Shown here: positions 46,905 through 56,353 of the stretch, in pieces
How the letters are laid out: each line of letters starts with the position of its first letter
Numbering within the stretch: the first letter of the stretch is position 1
Origin: Rubrobacteraceae bacterium
GTDB lineage: Bacteria > Actinomycetota > Rubrobacteria > Rubrobacterales > Rubrobacteraceae
Length of the DNA stretch: 60,508 nucleotides
Direction of reading: 5' to 3'
NCBI GenBank assembly: GCA_035689095.1
Contig: DASSMB010000195.1
Coordinates: 1-60,508 of the forward strand
Made by a program: the position numbers and the translations under genes
The notes under the pieces: model-generated
Databases searched by the model: none
What the model was told of the DNA's origin: nothing
Seen by the model: only the letters and a program-made list of their open reading frames with translations

Positions 46905-47358
46905 CTAATGCACCCGCGGCTGGGACGTAACTCCCACTCCTTCAGAAGCAGACACGTGTCCTCGCTCCGAATCGGACATCGTGAGCATCTTCAGGCCGAT
47001 GGCGCTGAGGCTGATCAGGCCGAGCACGGGGCCGATAGCTGCGACTGCCGGACCGCCCTCGATGTCCGATCACTCCGATCAGGGCGAGGCCAACGCCTAA
47101 ATGTCCGAGGACGGCTCCGCGTCCACGAAACAGGGGGAGGAGACCGCTCAAAGCCGGCGCGAAGAGCGCCGAGGAGAGCACGATCAGTAGGCTCGCGGCC
47201 TGCACGCGGCCGGGATGCTCAGTCACCGTTTGCGCGAGTTCAGCGTTCCCTCCACCTGGATGGACAATCATGGCCACAAGCAACACCAGCGGCGCGGCGA
47301 TCAGGCACAGTCCCGCCACCATCCGGCGAAAATTGTCCGCATCCATTGTCCTCGACAT
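46905..47358 (-). pseudogene. membrane protein gene with probable frameshift near 47060
   Basis: Hydrophobic 'LCLIAAPLVLLVAMIV..ASLLIVLSSALFAPALSGLL..GVGLALIGVIGH' turns into an Arg/Pro-rich tail in frame. The +1 frame continues 'IEGGPAVAAIGPVLGLISLSAIGLKML...' to TAG 46905. Confidence 0.35.
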
Positions 47359-47402
47359 CTCTGCCTCCTTCTTCGAGGGTGACCAGCTCGCCCTGTACTC
47401 GA

Positions 47403-47437
47403 CACTCTAAGAGACGAGCGTTCCCGCGCCATCAGAC
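47403..47437 (-). promoter_or_regulatory. second copy of the conserved promoter/operator-like motif
   Basis: cactctaagagacg + N5 + tcccgc, 46-51 nt upstream of ATG 47358. Confidence 0.5.
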
Positions 47438-47551
47438 GGATTCCCGAATCTTCCGGGAACTTTCGTCCCGGCGTGCCGGGAACAAATATCTGCGTTAGCC
47501 GGACGAGGATCCCGCCGCCCGCGTTCGGCGCGTCGAAAGGTAGACCGCCGA

Positions 47552-48934
47552 TCAGTGGAGTTGGCGAACGGCCCTCTCGTAAGCATACCCGTAACGGTAA
47601 ACGGCAGCCTCCTCAAAGCGCCGCACGATGAGTTGGAACCCTACCGGCAAGCCGGACGCGGTAGAGCCGCAAGGCACGGAGAGGCTCGGGAAGCCGTTCA
47701 GGTCGGTCGGTCCGGTGAGACGGGTGAGCGCCGAGCGAACCCGCTCCTCGTAGCCGCCTATGTTGGTCTCCCTCTCCCCAATTTTCGGCGCCGGTATCGG
47801 GACGGTCGTGGTGAGCAGCGCGTCCACCTCCTTCAGCGCCCGGTCGAACTCCCGCACGCTCTCTATCCGCCGCTGCTGGGCGTTCGCGTACTGGTAGGCT
47901 CTCAGCGGCTCTCCGTCCATCAGGCGCTCTCGTCCCTCCTCGTCGAACCTCTCCGGGGCCGTCTTCACGCGCTCTTCGTGGATCGCGTAGGCCTCGGCCG
48001 CGAGGGTAAGCCGCTGCGCCTTCAGGGTGTCCCAGAGGTTCGGTATCTCTACCTCCCGCACTTCGGCTCCAAGCTCCCGGAAGACCTCCGCCGCTTCCCG
48101 CACCCGCGCCTCTGTTTCTGTCTCGATATGCTCGAAATAGAAGCTGGATGGGATACCGATGACGGCTCCCCTCATGCCGCCATCCAGGTCCCGCGTGAAG
48201 TCCTCGACGGGCCGGTCCGCGGAGTAGGGGTCTCGCGGGTCGTACCCGGCCAGGACGCTCAGCATGAGCGCGTTATCCTCGACGGTGCGGGTCAGGGGGC
48301 CGACGTGGTCTAGAGTCCAGGCGAGCGGGAAGACGCCGTGCTTGCTCACGCGACCGAAGGTCGGCTTCATGCCGACGACGCCGCAGAGCGCCGCCGGGAT
48401 GCGGATGGAGCCACCCGTATCGGAGCCGAGGGCGCCGTAGCAGAGGTCCGCCGCCACGGCCGCGCCGGAGCCGCCGGAGGAGCCGCCCGTCATCCTGGTG
48501 AGGTCGTGAGGATTGCGCGTCGGGCCGAAGCGCGAGCGGTCGCCGGTCGGGCCGTAGGCGAACTCGTGGGTGTTTGTCTTCCCGATAAGAATCGCGCCCG
48601 CCTCTTTCAGCTTCTCCGCCACCGTGGCGCTGTAGTCCGGGACGTAATCCTCGAAGAACGTAGATCCCATAGTAGTGCGGACGCCTTTGGTGAAGATCAG
48701 GTCCTTCAGCGCGACCGGCACGCCGTGCAACGGACCGCGATAATCTCCGGCTGTGATCTCCCGCTCCGCCCGCCTCGCTCCCTCCATCGCCTGCTCTCCC
48801 ACCACCGTGATAAAAGCGTTGGTCTCGTCGGCCTCGATGCGCCCGAGCAGCGCTTCCACGACCTCGACCGGCGAGACGCGCCTCTCCCGCAGGGCGCGAG
48901 AGAGGTCTGAGAGGGTTTTCGGAAAGTCCGTCAC
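47552..48934 (-). CDS. amidase-signature family amidase
   Basis: 'GGSSGGSGAAVAA', 'PVALKDL', 'GSDTGGSIRIPAA'. 460 aa. Confidence 0.85.
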   Translation of the reverse strand: MTDFPKTLSDLSRALRERRVSPVEVVEALLGRIEADETNAFITVVGEQAMEGARRAEREITAGDYRGPLHGVPVALKDLIFTKGVRTTMGSTFFEDYVPDYSATVAEKLKEAGAILIGKTNTHEFAYGPTGDRSRFGPTRNPHDLTRMTGGSSGGSGAAVAADLCYGALGSDTGGSIRIPAALCGVVGMKPTFGRVSKHGVFPLAWTLDHVGPLTRTVEDNALMLSVLAGYDPRDPYSADRPVEDFTRDLDGGMRGAVIGIPSSFYFEHIETETEARVREAAEVFRELGAEVREVEIPNLWDTLKAQRLTLAAEAYAIHEERVKTAPERFDEEGRERLMDGEPLRAYQYANAQQRRIESVREFDRALKEVDALLTTTVPIPAPKIGERETNIGGYEERVRSALTRLTGPTDLNGFPSLSVPCGSTASGLPVGFQLIVRRFEEAAVYRYGYAYERAVRQLH

Positions 48935-48997
48935 GGTAGCGCATCTTACTCTTCTGTCACGCCGCTGCCCGGCATGCGAGAGATCAGAGCCAGGTTC

Positions 48998-49017
48998 CGA
49001 AGGTATACGAAGGTATA
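48998..49017. repeat. perfect 2 x 10-bp tandem duplication just upstream of the MFS start
   Basis: cgaaggtata cgaaggtata. Confidence 0.9.
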
Positions 49018-49025
49018 GTGGGCAG

Positions 49026-50279
49026 ATGTTATCGAGGGATCCCGGCGAAGCCCCCAGGAAGTTTTTGCGCGGCGCGAAGGGGACCTTCGCTGCCTTCGAC
49101 CGGCGGGTCTGGCTGCTGCTGGCGGCGATGCTCGTGTTCCGGTTCGGGCAGGGCCTCTACTATCCTTTCTCCACGATCTACTTCCACAACGTCATCGGCA
49201 TCCCGCTCTCGCTGGTGGGTGTGGGACTCTCCTGCCTCGCCGTGTCGAGCGTGGCCGCGGGGTTCGTCAGCGGTCCACTCACCGACCGCTACGGACGCAA
49301 GCCGGTGATGCTCGCCTCGCTCTCCGGGAGCGCCGCGACTTTCCTGGCCTTCACCCTCGTGGACGGCTTCGCCGGATACCTGACGGTCTCCGTACTCGCG
49401 GGCCTCTTCGGCTCTTCCTCCTTCGACGCCGCCCGCAACGCGATGGTCGCGGACGTGACGCCGCTGGGGCTGCGCTCCCGCGCCTACGGTCTCGTCCGCG
49501 TGGGCGGGAACGTGGGCTGGGGTCTCGGTCCTATGGTCGCGGGCCTGGTCTCGGCCGCGGCGGGCGGGGCTGGTTGGATCTACCCGTTCCTCTTTGCCGG
49601 CACCGCGGCGCTCACGGCGCTCGTGATGCTCTCGCTGGCGGTACTGGCGCGTGAATCTCTCCCGGCCGTGGCGATGAGGAGTCCGTCTTCGGGAAGGTTC
49701 TCCGGGAGGCGGGTCGCGCTCTCGGACAGTCCGTTCCTGGTCTTGCTCGGCGTCGGGGTGTTGATGTACTACGTGTTCACGCAGGACTGGCAGGCGCTCC
49801 CGATCTACGCGAAGAACTTCCTCGGTGTCCCGGACGGCAAGATCGGGTTCTTCCTGGGGGCGAACGGCCTCGTGGTGATCCTGCTGCAGCTCCCTATCTC
49901 CTATCTTATAGACCGCAGCTCGAAAGTCCTCGCCCTACTCGCTGGCGCGGCCCTCTTCGGCGCTTCGTCGGCGACGCTCCTCCTCACCGACTCCTTCATC
50001 GGCATCCTCCTCGCCTTCGCCGGGTTCTTCACCCTGGCGGAGATGGTCCTGGAGGTCGCCGGACCGGCGCTCGCCGCGGACCTCGCGCCCGTCAAGCTGC
50101 GCGGCACCTACCTGGGACTCTTCGGCTCCTGCTTCGGCCTCTCCTACGGCATAAGCCCGCTCGTAGCCGGACCTCTACTCCAGGCCGGCCTCCCTCACGC
50201 CGTCTGGACCATCCAACTCGCGGCGGTCGCGCTGGCGGCCGCCGGGTTGATCGCGCTCGCCACGCTGCGAAGACGCTAG
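49026..50279 (+). CDS. MFS transporter
   Basis: Start at ATG 49026 (MLSRDPGE...). 12 predicted TM. 'GPLTDRYGRKPVM' MFS loop 2-3 motif. The track ORF from 48753 overlaps the amidase. Confidence 0.8.
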   Translation: MLSRDPGEAPRKFLRGAKGTFAAFDRRVWLLLAAMLVFRFGQGLYYPFSTIYFHNVIGIPLSLVGVGLSCLAVSSVAAGFVSGPLTDRYGRKPVMLASLSGSAATFLAFTLVDGFAGYLTVSVLAGLFGSSSFDAARNAMVADVTPLGLRSRAYGLVRVGGNVGWGLGPMVAGLVSAAAGGAGWIYPFLFAGTAALTALVMLSLAVLARESLPAVAMRSPSSGRFSGRRVALSDSPFLVLLGVGVLMYYVFTQDWQALPIYAKNFLGVPDGKIGFFLGANGLVVILLQLPISYLIDRSSKVLALLAGAALFGASSATLLLTDSFIGILLAFAGFFTLAEMVLEVAGPALAADLAPVKLRGTYLGLFGSCFGLSYGISPLVAGPLLQAGLPHAVWTIQLAAVALAAAGLIALATLRRR

Positions 50280-50280
50280 A

Positions 50281-50300
50281 TAGATGAGTATAGATGAGTA
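50281..50300. repeat. perfect 2 x 10-bp tandem duplication between convergent genes
   Basis: tagatgagta tagatgagta. Confidence 0.9.
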
Positions 50301-50310
50301 CCGGCGGACC

Positions 50311-52461
50311 CTATTCCGGGACGCGCAGCACCAGGATCGCCAGGTCGTCGCGGGGGACGCCCTCCTGGAACTCCAGGACGGCGTGTTTGATCTTCCACGC
50401 GATGTCCGCGGCGTAGGAGCCGGCATGGGAGCGCGCGATGTGACGCAGGCGTTCCTCGCCGAAGAACCCGCCTTCCGGAGAACGCGCCTCCGTTACGCCA
50501 TCGGTATACATGACGAGCACCTCGCCCGGCATCAGACGGAGGGAGGCATCCACGAGTCCCGGGTCGTCGAAGACGCCGAGCGCCTTTCCGGGACAACCAA
50601 CCTCCTCGATCGAGTGGTCCTCACGCACGACGAGCGGCGGCGGGTGTCCGGCGCGCGATACTCTTACTCCGATTCCGGGCGCGCCGTCCCGCGGCTCCAG
50701 GCGAATGCAGGCTACGGTGCAGAACCGCTCCTCGGGGAGCTGGCGGAGCATGGCCTCGTTCAGCGCGGCGAGAACCTCGGAGGGAAGGTCGGTCCTCATG
50801 GTGACGGCCCGGATGGTGTAGCGGGCGAGGGCCGTAACCGCCGCAGCTCCGGCTCCCTTACCACGAACGTCCCCGATAGTGCAGATATAGCCGTCATTGG
50901 GGACGTCTATCACGTCGTAGAAGTCCCCGCCGACCTCGTTGGCCTCGCCGACGGGCAGGTACTCGGCTCCGATCTCCACGCCGGGGATCTCCGGCAGGTT
51001 CGAGGGTAGAAGGCTCCGCTGGAGAGTGCGCGCGATCTCGCTGCGCTCGCTGTAGAGCCGGGAGTTGTCCGACGCGAGAGCGCAGCGGTACGCCAGGCTC
51101 TCCGCGAGCGCCAAATCCTCTTCGTCATACCGATGGACCGGGTCCGATGAGGCCAGCGTCATCGCGCCGATGATCCTGCCCCGCGCCAAAAGCGGCACGC
51201 TCATGATGGACTGGGGCGCGAGCTGGCGGAATATATCCAGGTGCTCGCCGGTGAGGCCGCCGCCTCTGCGGTACACCTCCGGCACCTCCGCGACCAGCAC
51301 GGACTTCCCGGTGCGCAGCACCCGCGCGGTGCTGCCGGGATCATCCTCACCGAAGCTCCGGTGCTCCCGGAGCCGGACCAGCAGATCCTCCTTCTCCGGG
51401 TCGGCGTGAGCGCAGGCGAGCTGCTCTACCTCGCCGTCCTCCCCGATCACGTCAAGCAGACACCAGTCCGCAAGCTCCGGCACGACGAGCCGGGCGACCC
51501 TCTGGAGCGTCCCCTCGTAGTCGAGCGAGGCCGAGAGCGTGGGACCGGCCGCCGCGAGCAGGGAGAGACGTCTTCGGGCAGCAACGGCCTCTGCCCGCGC
51601 CAGTTGCTCCCGCACGAGCAGCAGGTCGCGCTCCTCCTCGGCCCTCTTGCGGTCGCTGATGTCCTCGATCACCGCGATAAAATACTTCGGCTCGCCCGCC
51701 GTATCCCGGACGAGCGAGACGGTCAGGTTGATCCAGACGGAAGACCCATCTCTCCTGATGTAGCGCTTCTCCAGCGTGTACGTCTGTATCTCGCCGCGCA
51801 GCATCCGCTCTACATGGGTAAGGTCTTCCGCCAGGTCCTCGGGATGGGTTACGTCCTGGAAGGTCCGCTCCAGCAGCTCCTCTCGCGAGTAGCCCACTAT
51901 CTCGCAGAGCCTCCGGTTCACCCGGAGCCATCGCCCGTCGATCCCGACCTGCGCCGCCCCGACGGCGGCGTGCTCGAAGGTCGCCCGGAACCGCTCCTCG
52001 CTCTCTCTCAGGACCTCCTCGATCCGCTTGCGCCCGGTGATGTCGTTCTGCACGCCGACGAAGTTGGTCAGCAACCCCTCCTCACCGTACACGGGCGAGA
52101 CGTATAGCTCGTTCCAGAACGGCGTGCCGTCCTTGCGGTAGTTCTTGAGCACCACCCGGCACTCCCGCCCCTCACGGATCGCCTCCCTCATCTCCTCAAG
52201 AGCCGGCTGGTCCCGATCCTCCCCCTGCAAGAAGCGGCAGTTGCGCCCGCGCGCCTCCTCGGCCGGGTAGCCGGAGATCCTCTCGAACGCCGGGTTGACG
52301 TAGACGATGGGGTTGTCCGGGAGCTTCGGGTCCGTGATGACGATGCCATTGGAACTCGCCGACACGGCGCGGTCGAGCAGACGCCTCAACTTGTCCGAAG
52401 CGCGCCGCTCCGGAGCATCGCCGTCCCAAACCTTTGAAGAAGAGGTCTCCAACACAACCAT
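50311..52461 (-). CDS. LOV-PAS-GAF-PP2C (SpoIIE-type) photoreceptor phosphatase
   Basis: LOV signature 'GRNCRFLQG' (Cys75 codon 52237-52239) within 'IVITDPKLPDNPIVYVNPAFERISGY...KDGTPFWNELYVSPV'. Second PAS, then GAF. PP2C 'VGGDFYDV', 'GDVRGKGAGAAA', 'YTDGVTEA'. Confidence 0.85.
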   Translation of the reverse strand: MVVLETSSSKVWDGDAPERRASDKLRRLLDRAVSASSNGIVITDPKLPDNPIVYVNPAFERISGYPAEEARGRNCRFLQGEDRDQPALEEMREAIREGRECRVVLKNYRKDGTPFWNELYVSPVYGEEGLLTNFVGVQNDITGRKRIEEVLRESEERFRATFEHAAVGAAQVGIDGRWLRVNRRLCEIVGYSREELLERTFQDVTHPEDLAEDLTHVERMLRGEIQTYTLEKRYIRRDGSSVWINLTVSLVRDTAGEPKYFIAVIEDISDRKRAEEERDLLLVREQLARAEAVAARRRLSLLAAAGPTLSASLDYEGTLQRVARLVVPELADWCLLDVIGEDGEVEQLACAHADPEKEDLLVRLREHRSFGEDDPGSTARVLRTGKSVLVAEVPEVYRRGGGLTGEHLDIFRQLAPQSIMSVPLLARGRIIGAMTLASSDPVHRYDEEDLALAESLAYRCALASDNSRLYSERSEIARTLQRSLLPSNLPEIPGVEIGAEYLPVGEANEVGGDFYDVIDVPNDGYICTIGDVRGKGAGAAAVTALARYTIRAVTMRTDLPSEVLAALNEAMLRQLPEERFCTVACIRLEPRDGAPGIGVRVSRAGHPPPLVVREDHSIEEVGCPGKALGVFDDPGLVDASLRLMPGEVLVMYTDGVTEARSPEGGFFGEERLRHIARSHAGSYAADIAWKIKHAVLEFQEGVPRDDLAILVLRVPE

Positions 52462-52517
52462 TCTACAGCGCAGCCCGGTCTCCGGGCCATAGTAAGTCGT
52501 ATATACCGTATATAACC

Positions 52518-52542
52518 GTTAACGAACGGGATTTTCGGGTAT
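52518..52542 (+). promoter_or_regulatory. sigma-B/F-like promoter candidate upstream of sodA
   Basis: GTTAAC - 13 nt - GGGTAT, with the -10 about 38 nt upstream of ATG 52580. Same spacing as the csbD candidate. Confidence 0.35.
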
Positions 52543-52579
52543 GCTAGAGTAGTTAGCGCAAGCTAGGAGAGGAGAAAAG

Positions 52580-53209
52580 ATGGCCTACGAACTGCCACCG
52601 CTGCCCTACGACTACAACGCTCTCGAACCGACCATCGACGAGCAGACCATGCACCTGCACCACGAGAAGCACCACAACACCTACGTCACCAACCTGAACG
52701 CCGCTCTCGAAAAGCACCCGGACGCCGACAAGGGCTCCCTCGAAGAGCTTCTCGCCAACCTGGACTCCGTGCCGGAGGATATAAGGACGGCTGTCCGCAA
52801 CAACGCCGGCGGTCACTCAAACCACTCCATGTTCTGGCAGATCATGGGTCCCAGCGGCCAGGGCGGAGGCTCGCCCAGCGGCGACCTCGGCGCGGCCATA
52901 GACTCCTCGTTCGGCTCTTTCGACCAGTTCAAGGAGCAGTTCGCCGCCGCCGCCGCTCCGGGAGCGCTCTTCGGCTCCGGTTGGGCGTGGCTCATCGCCG
53001 ACCCTTCGGGTTCGCTCTCTATAGAGACCACCCCGAACCAGGACACGCCCCTTATGGAGGGCAAGACGCCGGTCCTGGGCCTCGACGTGTGGGAGCACGC
53101 CTACTACTTGAACTACCAGAACCGCCGTCCCGACTACATCAACGCGTGGTGGGATGTCGTGAACTGGGACGAGGTGGCCCGCCGCTACGACGCCGCGAGG
53201 AACGCCTGA
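52580..53209 (+). CDS. sodA: Mn/Fe superoxide dismutase
   Basis: 'HHEKHHNTY', '[10 protein letters not shown]', '[10 protein letters not shown]'. Confidence 0.95.
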   Translation: MAYELPPLPYDYNALEPTIDEQTMHLHHEKHHNTYVTNLNAALEKHPDADKGSLEELLANLDSVPEDIRTAVRNNAGGHSNHSMFWQIMGPSGQGGGSPSGDLGAAIDSSFGSFDQFKEQFAAAAAPGALFGSGWAWLIADPSGSLSIETTPNQDTPLMEGKTPVLGLDVWEHAYYLNYQNRRPDYINAWWDVVNWDEVARRYDAARNA

Positions 53210-53264
53210 GCACCGCCCGGTAGCACCGCCCGGTAGATCTCTCTACAGACATCAGAGTGCAGTG

Positions 53265-53302
53265 GCGCCCCCGGAAGACAGACCTCCGGGGGCGCTTCTA
53301 TT
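53265..53302 (+). terminator. intrinsic terminator after sodA
   Basis: 11-bp stem GCGCCCCCGGA / TCCGGGGGCGC, then 'ttctatt'. Confidence 0.6.
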
Positions 53303-53389
53303 GCGCCGTGTGATGCCTGATGCTCTGCGCAGTCGTTTCGCCGGTACACTTAGGGTGGGCGTTGCGGCGAGCGGAAGGGGATATCTGGG

Positions 53390-54778
53390 ATGCGATTGGT
53401 GATCATCGGCGGCGTGGCGGCCGGAACGAAGGCGGCTTCACGGGCGCGCCGGATGGACCCTGACCTGGAGATAACCCTCTATCAGGAAGAGCCAGAGGTC
53501 TCTATAAGCGAGTGCGGCCTGCCCTACTACCTGTCTGGCATGGTCAACGCCCGCGAACGCCTCGTCGCCCGAACCCCCGAGAAGTTCGCCGCGAAAGACA
53601 TAGAGGTTCTCACCCGCCACCGCGTCGAGAAGATAGATCCCGAGAGCCGCAAGCTTACCGTCCGCGACCTGACGACCGACAATACGTTCGAGGACACTTA
53701 CGACCGGCTCATCATCGCGACCGGAGCGCGGGCCGTACTGCCGCCCATCTCCGGCGCCGGTCTCGACGGGGTCTTCAAGCTCCGCTTCCTCACGGACGCG
53801 GACGAAATCCTGCGATACCTGGAGCGCCACTCCCCTAAAAAAGCGGTCATCGTCGGCGGCGGATACATCGGGCTGGAGCTGGCCGAGAACCTGTGCGCCC
53901 TCGGCCTGGAGGTCTCTCTGATCGAGGGCGCGGATCGCGTCGCCCTCGCCTACGGCCCCGAGGTCTCGGCCAGGGTCGAGGATCATCTCCGAGAGAAGGG
54001 CGTAAAGATCTACACCGGAGAGAACGTGGAAGAGTTTACGTGCGAAGGCGACCGCGAGGGCTGCGTCAAAACCGTCAGGTTCGGAGAGACGGGGATCGAC
54101 ACGGACCTCGTCGTGGTTGGGATCGGCGTAAAACCGTCCGTCGAACTGGCCCAAGAGGCCGGAGGCGAGATCGGTGAGACCGGCGCCATCAAGGTGGATC
54201 GGCATATGAAGACTAACCTCCCAGACGTGTGGGCCGCCGGAGACTGCGTGGAGACCACGAACCTGGCGAGCGGCAAGCCTGCCTGGGTCCCGCTCGGCGA
54301 CACGGCCAACCAGATGGGCCGCGTCGCCGGCACCAACGCCGTTACCGGCCAGGACACCCTGGAGTTCCCCGGCGTCCTCGGGACCGGCATCTTTAAGGTC
54401 TTCGATCTCGGTGTCGCCAAGACCGGCCTCTCCGAGAAGGAAGCCGCGGACGCCGGCTTCGATACCGTGAGCGCCACCGTCGAAGCGACCGACCGCGCCG
54501 GCTACTACCCGGGCGTCAAAAAGGTCTTCCTAAACCTCATCGCTGACCGGGCGACGGGCCGCATCCTCGGCGCGGAGTCCGCCGGCTCGGGCGCGGATAA
54601 GCTCGTGGACATCTGCGCGACAGCCATCTGGGGCAGGCTCTCTTACCCGGATCTCGTCAATATAGACCTGGCCTACTCACCCCCCTACGGCCCAGCTCTC
54701 AGCCCCGTCATCCAGGCCGCCACCATACTCTCCGGCAAGTTCGAGCGCGCCAGAGAAGAGGTCAGGGCCTCAGAGTAG
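53390..54778 (+). CDS. CoA-disulfide reductase / NADH oxidase-family flavoprotein
   Basis: 'VIIGGVAAGTKAASRARR', single redox Cys 'SISECGLPYY', second Rossmann 'VIVGGGYIGLELAE'. Confidence 0.8.
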   Translation: MRLVIIGGVAAGTKAASRARRMDPDLEITLYQEEPEVSISECGLPYYLSGMVNARERLVARTPEKFAAKDIEVLTRHRVEKIDPESRKLTVRDLTTDNTFEDTYDRLIIATGARAVLPPISGAGLDGVFKLRFLTDADEILRYLERHSPKKAVIVGGGYIGLELAENLCALGLEVSLIEGADRVALAYGPEVSARVEDHLREKGVKIYTGENVEEFTCEGDREGCVKTVRFGETGIDTDLVVVGIGVKPSVELAQEAGGEIGETGAIKVDRHMKTNLPDVWAAGDCVETTNLASGKPAWVPLGDTANQMGRVAGTNAVTGQDTLEFPGVLGTGIFKVFDLGVAKTGLSEKEAADAGFDTVSATVEATDRAGYYPGVKKVFLNLIADRATGRILGAESAGSGADKLVDICATAIWGRLSYPDLVNIDLAYSPPYGPALSPVIQAATILSGKFERAREEVRASE

Positions 54779-54784
54779 CAGCAG

Positions 54785-56335
54785 CTAGAACCTCTCGACG
54801 ACCGTGCGGGCGAGCATGTGCAGCGGCAGGTAGTCGGGGCCGCCGGCCTTTGAGTCGGTGCCGCTCATGCCGAAACCACCGAAGGGCTGCACGCCCACGA
54901 GCGCGCCGGTTATGCCGCGGTTGAAGTAGAGGTTCCCGGCCCGGAACTCCTGGCGGGCGCGTTCGAGGTTGTCGCGGTTTTTGGAGTAGACGCCGCCGGT
55001 GAGGCCGTAGGGGTTGTCGTTGGCGATGCGCAGGGCGTCCTCGAAGTCGCGGGCGCCGATAACGGAGAGGACGGGACCGAAGATCTCCTCCTGCGCTATC
55101 CTCGCCTTCGGGTCCACCTCGAAGACTGTCGGGGTGACGAAATATCCCTTGTCCGGATCTCCGGGGTCCTCGCCGAGCACCCGCTCGCCCTCGCTCTTGC
55201 CCACGTCTATGTAGCTCGACACCTTCTCGAACTGCGGCTCGCTGATTACCGGCCCCATGTTCACGTCCGGGCTCTCGGGGACGCCGATCTTGAGCGCTCC
55301 GGCCTTCTCGACAACTTTCCTCAGGACCTCATCGTAGATGTCGCGGTGCAGGATGGCCCGGCTCGCGGCGCTGCACTTCTGGCCGCCGTAGCCGTAGGCG
55401 CTCTTCACTATGTCGTTGGCGGCGGCTTCCAGGTCGGCGGAGTCGTCAATGATCATGGCGTCCTTGCCGCCCATCTCCGCGATTACGCGCTTGACCCACC
55501 GCTGGTTCTCTATCTGCTTCGCCGCCAGCTCGTTTATCCTGAGGCCCGTCTTCATCGAGCCCGTGAACGAAATGAAGCGCGTGCGCGCGTCGGAGACCAG
55601 GTAATCCCCGATCTCCGAGCCGTAACCCGGCAGGAAGTTCACGACGCCCTCCGGGACGCCCGCCTCCTCGTAGACCTCCATCAGCTTCGCCCCGACGACG
55701 GAGGTGAACTCGGAGGGCTTCATGATGACGGTGTTGCCCGTCACCAGGGCCGCGCTGGACATGCCGGTCAGGATGGCGGTCGGGAAGTTCCACGGCGCGA
55801 TGATTACGCCGACGCCCATCGGCTGGTAGAAGTAGCGGCTCTCCTCGCCGGGGATGGCGTAGATCTCCACGCCGTCTTTGAGCCGCAGCATCTCGCGGGC
55901 GTAGTATTCGAGGAAATCTATTGCCTCCGCGACCTGCGCGTCGGCCTCGTTCCAGGGCTTGCCGCCCTCGTAGACCTCCCAGGCCAAAAACTCGAACTTG
56001 CGCCGTTTCATGATCGCCGACGCCCTGAGCATGATGCGCGCTCGCGCCTCCGGCGCAGTCCGGCTCCAGTACTCGAAAGCCCCGGTCGCCATATCTAGCG
56101 CCATATCCGCCTCGCGCTCGGTCGCCGCCGCGAGCTTGCCGACGACCTGCGACGGGTTGGCCGGGTTGACCGAAGAAATTTCGCCGTCCGTCTCCAGCCG
56201 CTTGCCGCCGATGACGAGCGGGTAGCTTTTCCCTAGCTGGCCTTCTACGTCCTTCAAGGCGGCCTGCATAGCCGAAACGTTCTTCTCGTCCGACCAGTCC
56301 AGGTACGTCTCGTTCTTGTATGGTATGAGTCCCAT
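54785..56335 (-). CDS. pruA: L-glutamate gamma-semialdehyde (P5C) dehydrogenase
   Basis: 516 aa RocA/PruA-type. 'FTGS', 'EMGGKDA', catalytic 'GQKCSAASR', 'EEIFGPV'. Confidence 0.9.
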   Translation of the reverse strand: MGLIPYKNETYLDWSDEKNVSAMQAALKDVEGQLGKSYPLVIGGKRLETDGEISSVNPANPSQVVGKLAAATEREADMALDMATGAFEYWSRTAPEARARIMLRASAIMKRRKFEFLAWEVYEGGKPWNEADAQVAEAIDFLEYYAREMLRLKDGVEIYAIPGEESRYFYQPMGVGVIIAPWNFPTAILTGMSSAALVTGNTVIMKPSEFTSVVGAKLMEVYEEAGVPEGVVNFLPGYGSEIGDYLVSDARTRFISFTGSMKTGLRINELAAKQIENQRWVKRVIAEMGGKDAMIIDDSADLEAAANDIVKSAYGYGGQKCSAASRAILHRDIYDEVLRKVVEKAGALKIGVPESPDVNMGPVISEPQFEKVSSYIDVGKSEGERVLGEDPGDPDKGYFVTPTVFEVDPKARIAQEEIFGPVLSVIGARDFEDALRIANDNPYGLTGGVYSKNRDNLERARQEFRAGNLYFNRGITGALVGVQPFGGFGMSGTDSKAGGPDYLPLHMLARTVVERF

Positions 56336-56353
56336 GAAGCAGCTCCTATCTTC

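Noticed and set aside
48753-49025. 5' extension of the MFS ORF, and likewise of ORFs 33311 and 31723.
   Set aside because: The extensions overlap neighbouring genes or lack coding character. Internal starts with good RBS (49026, 33467, 31864) give sensible N-termini.
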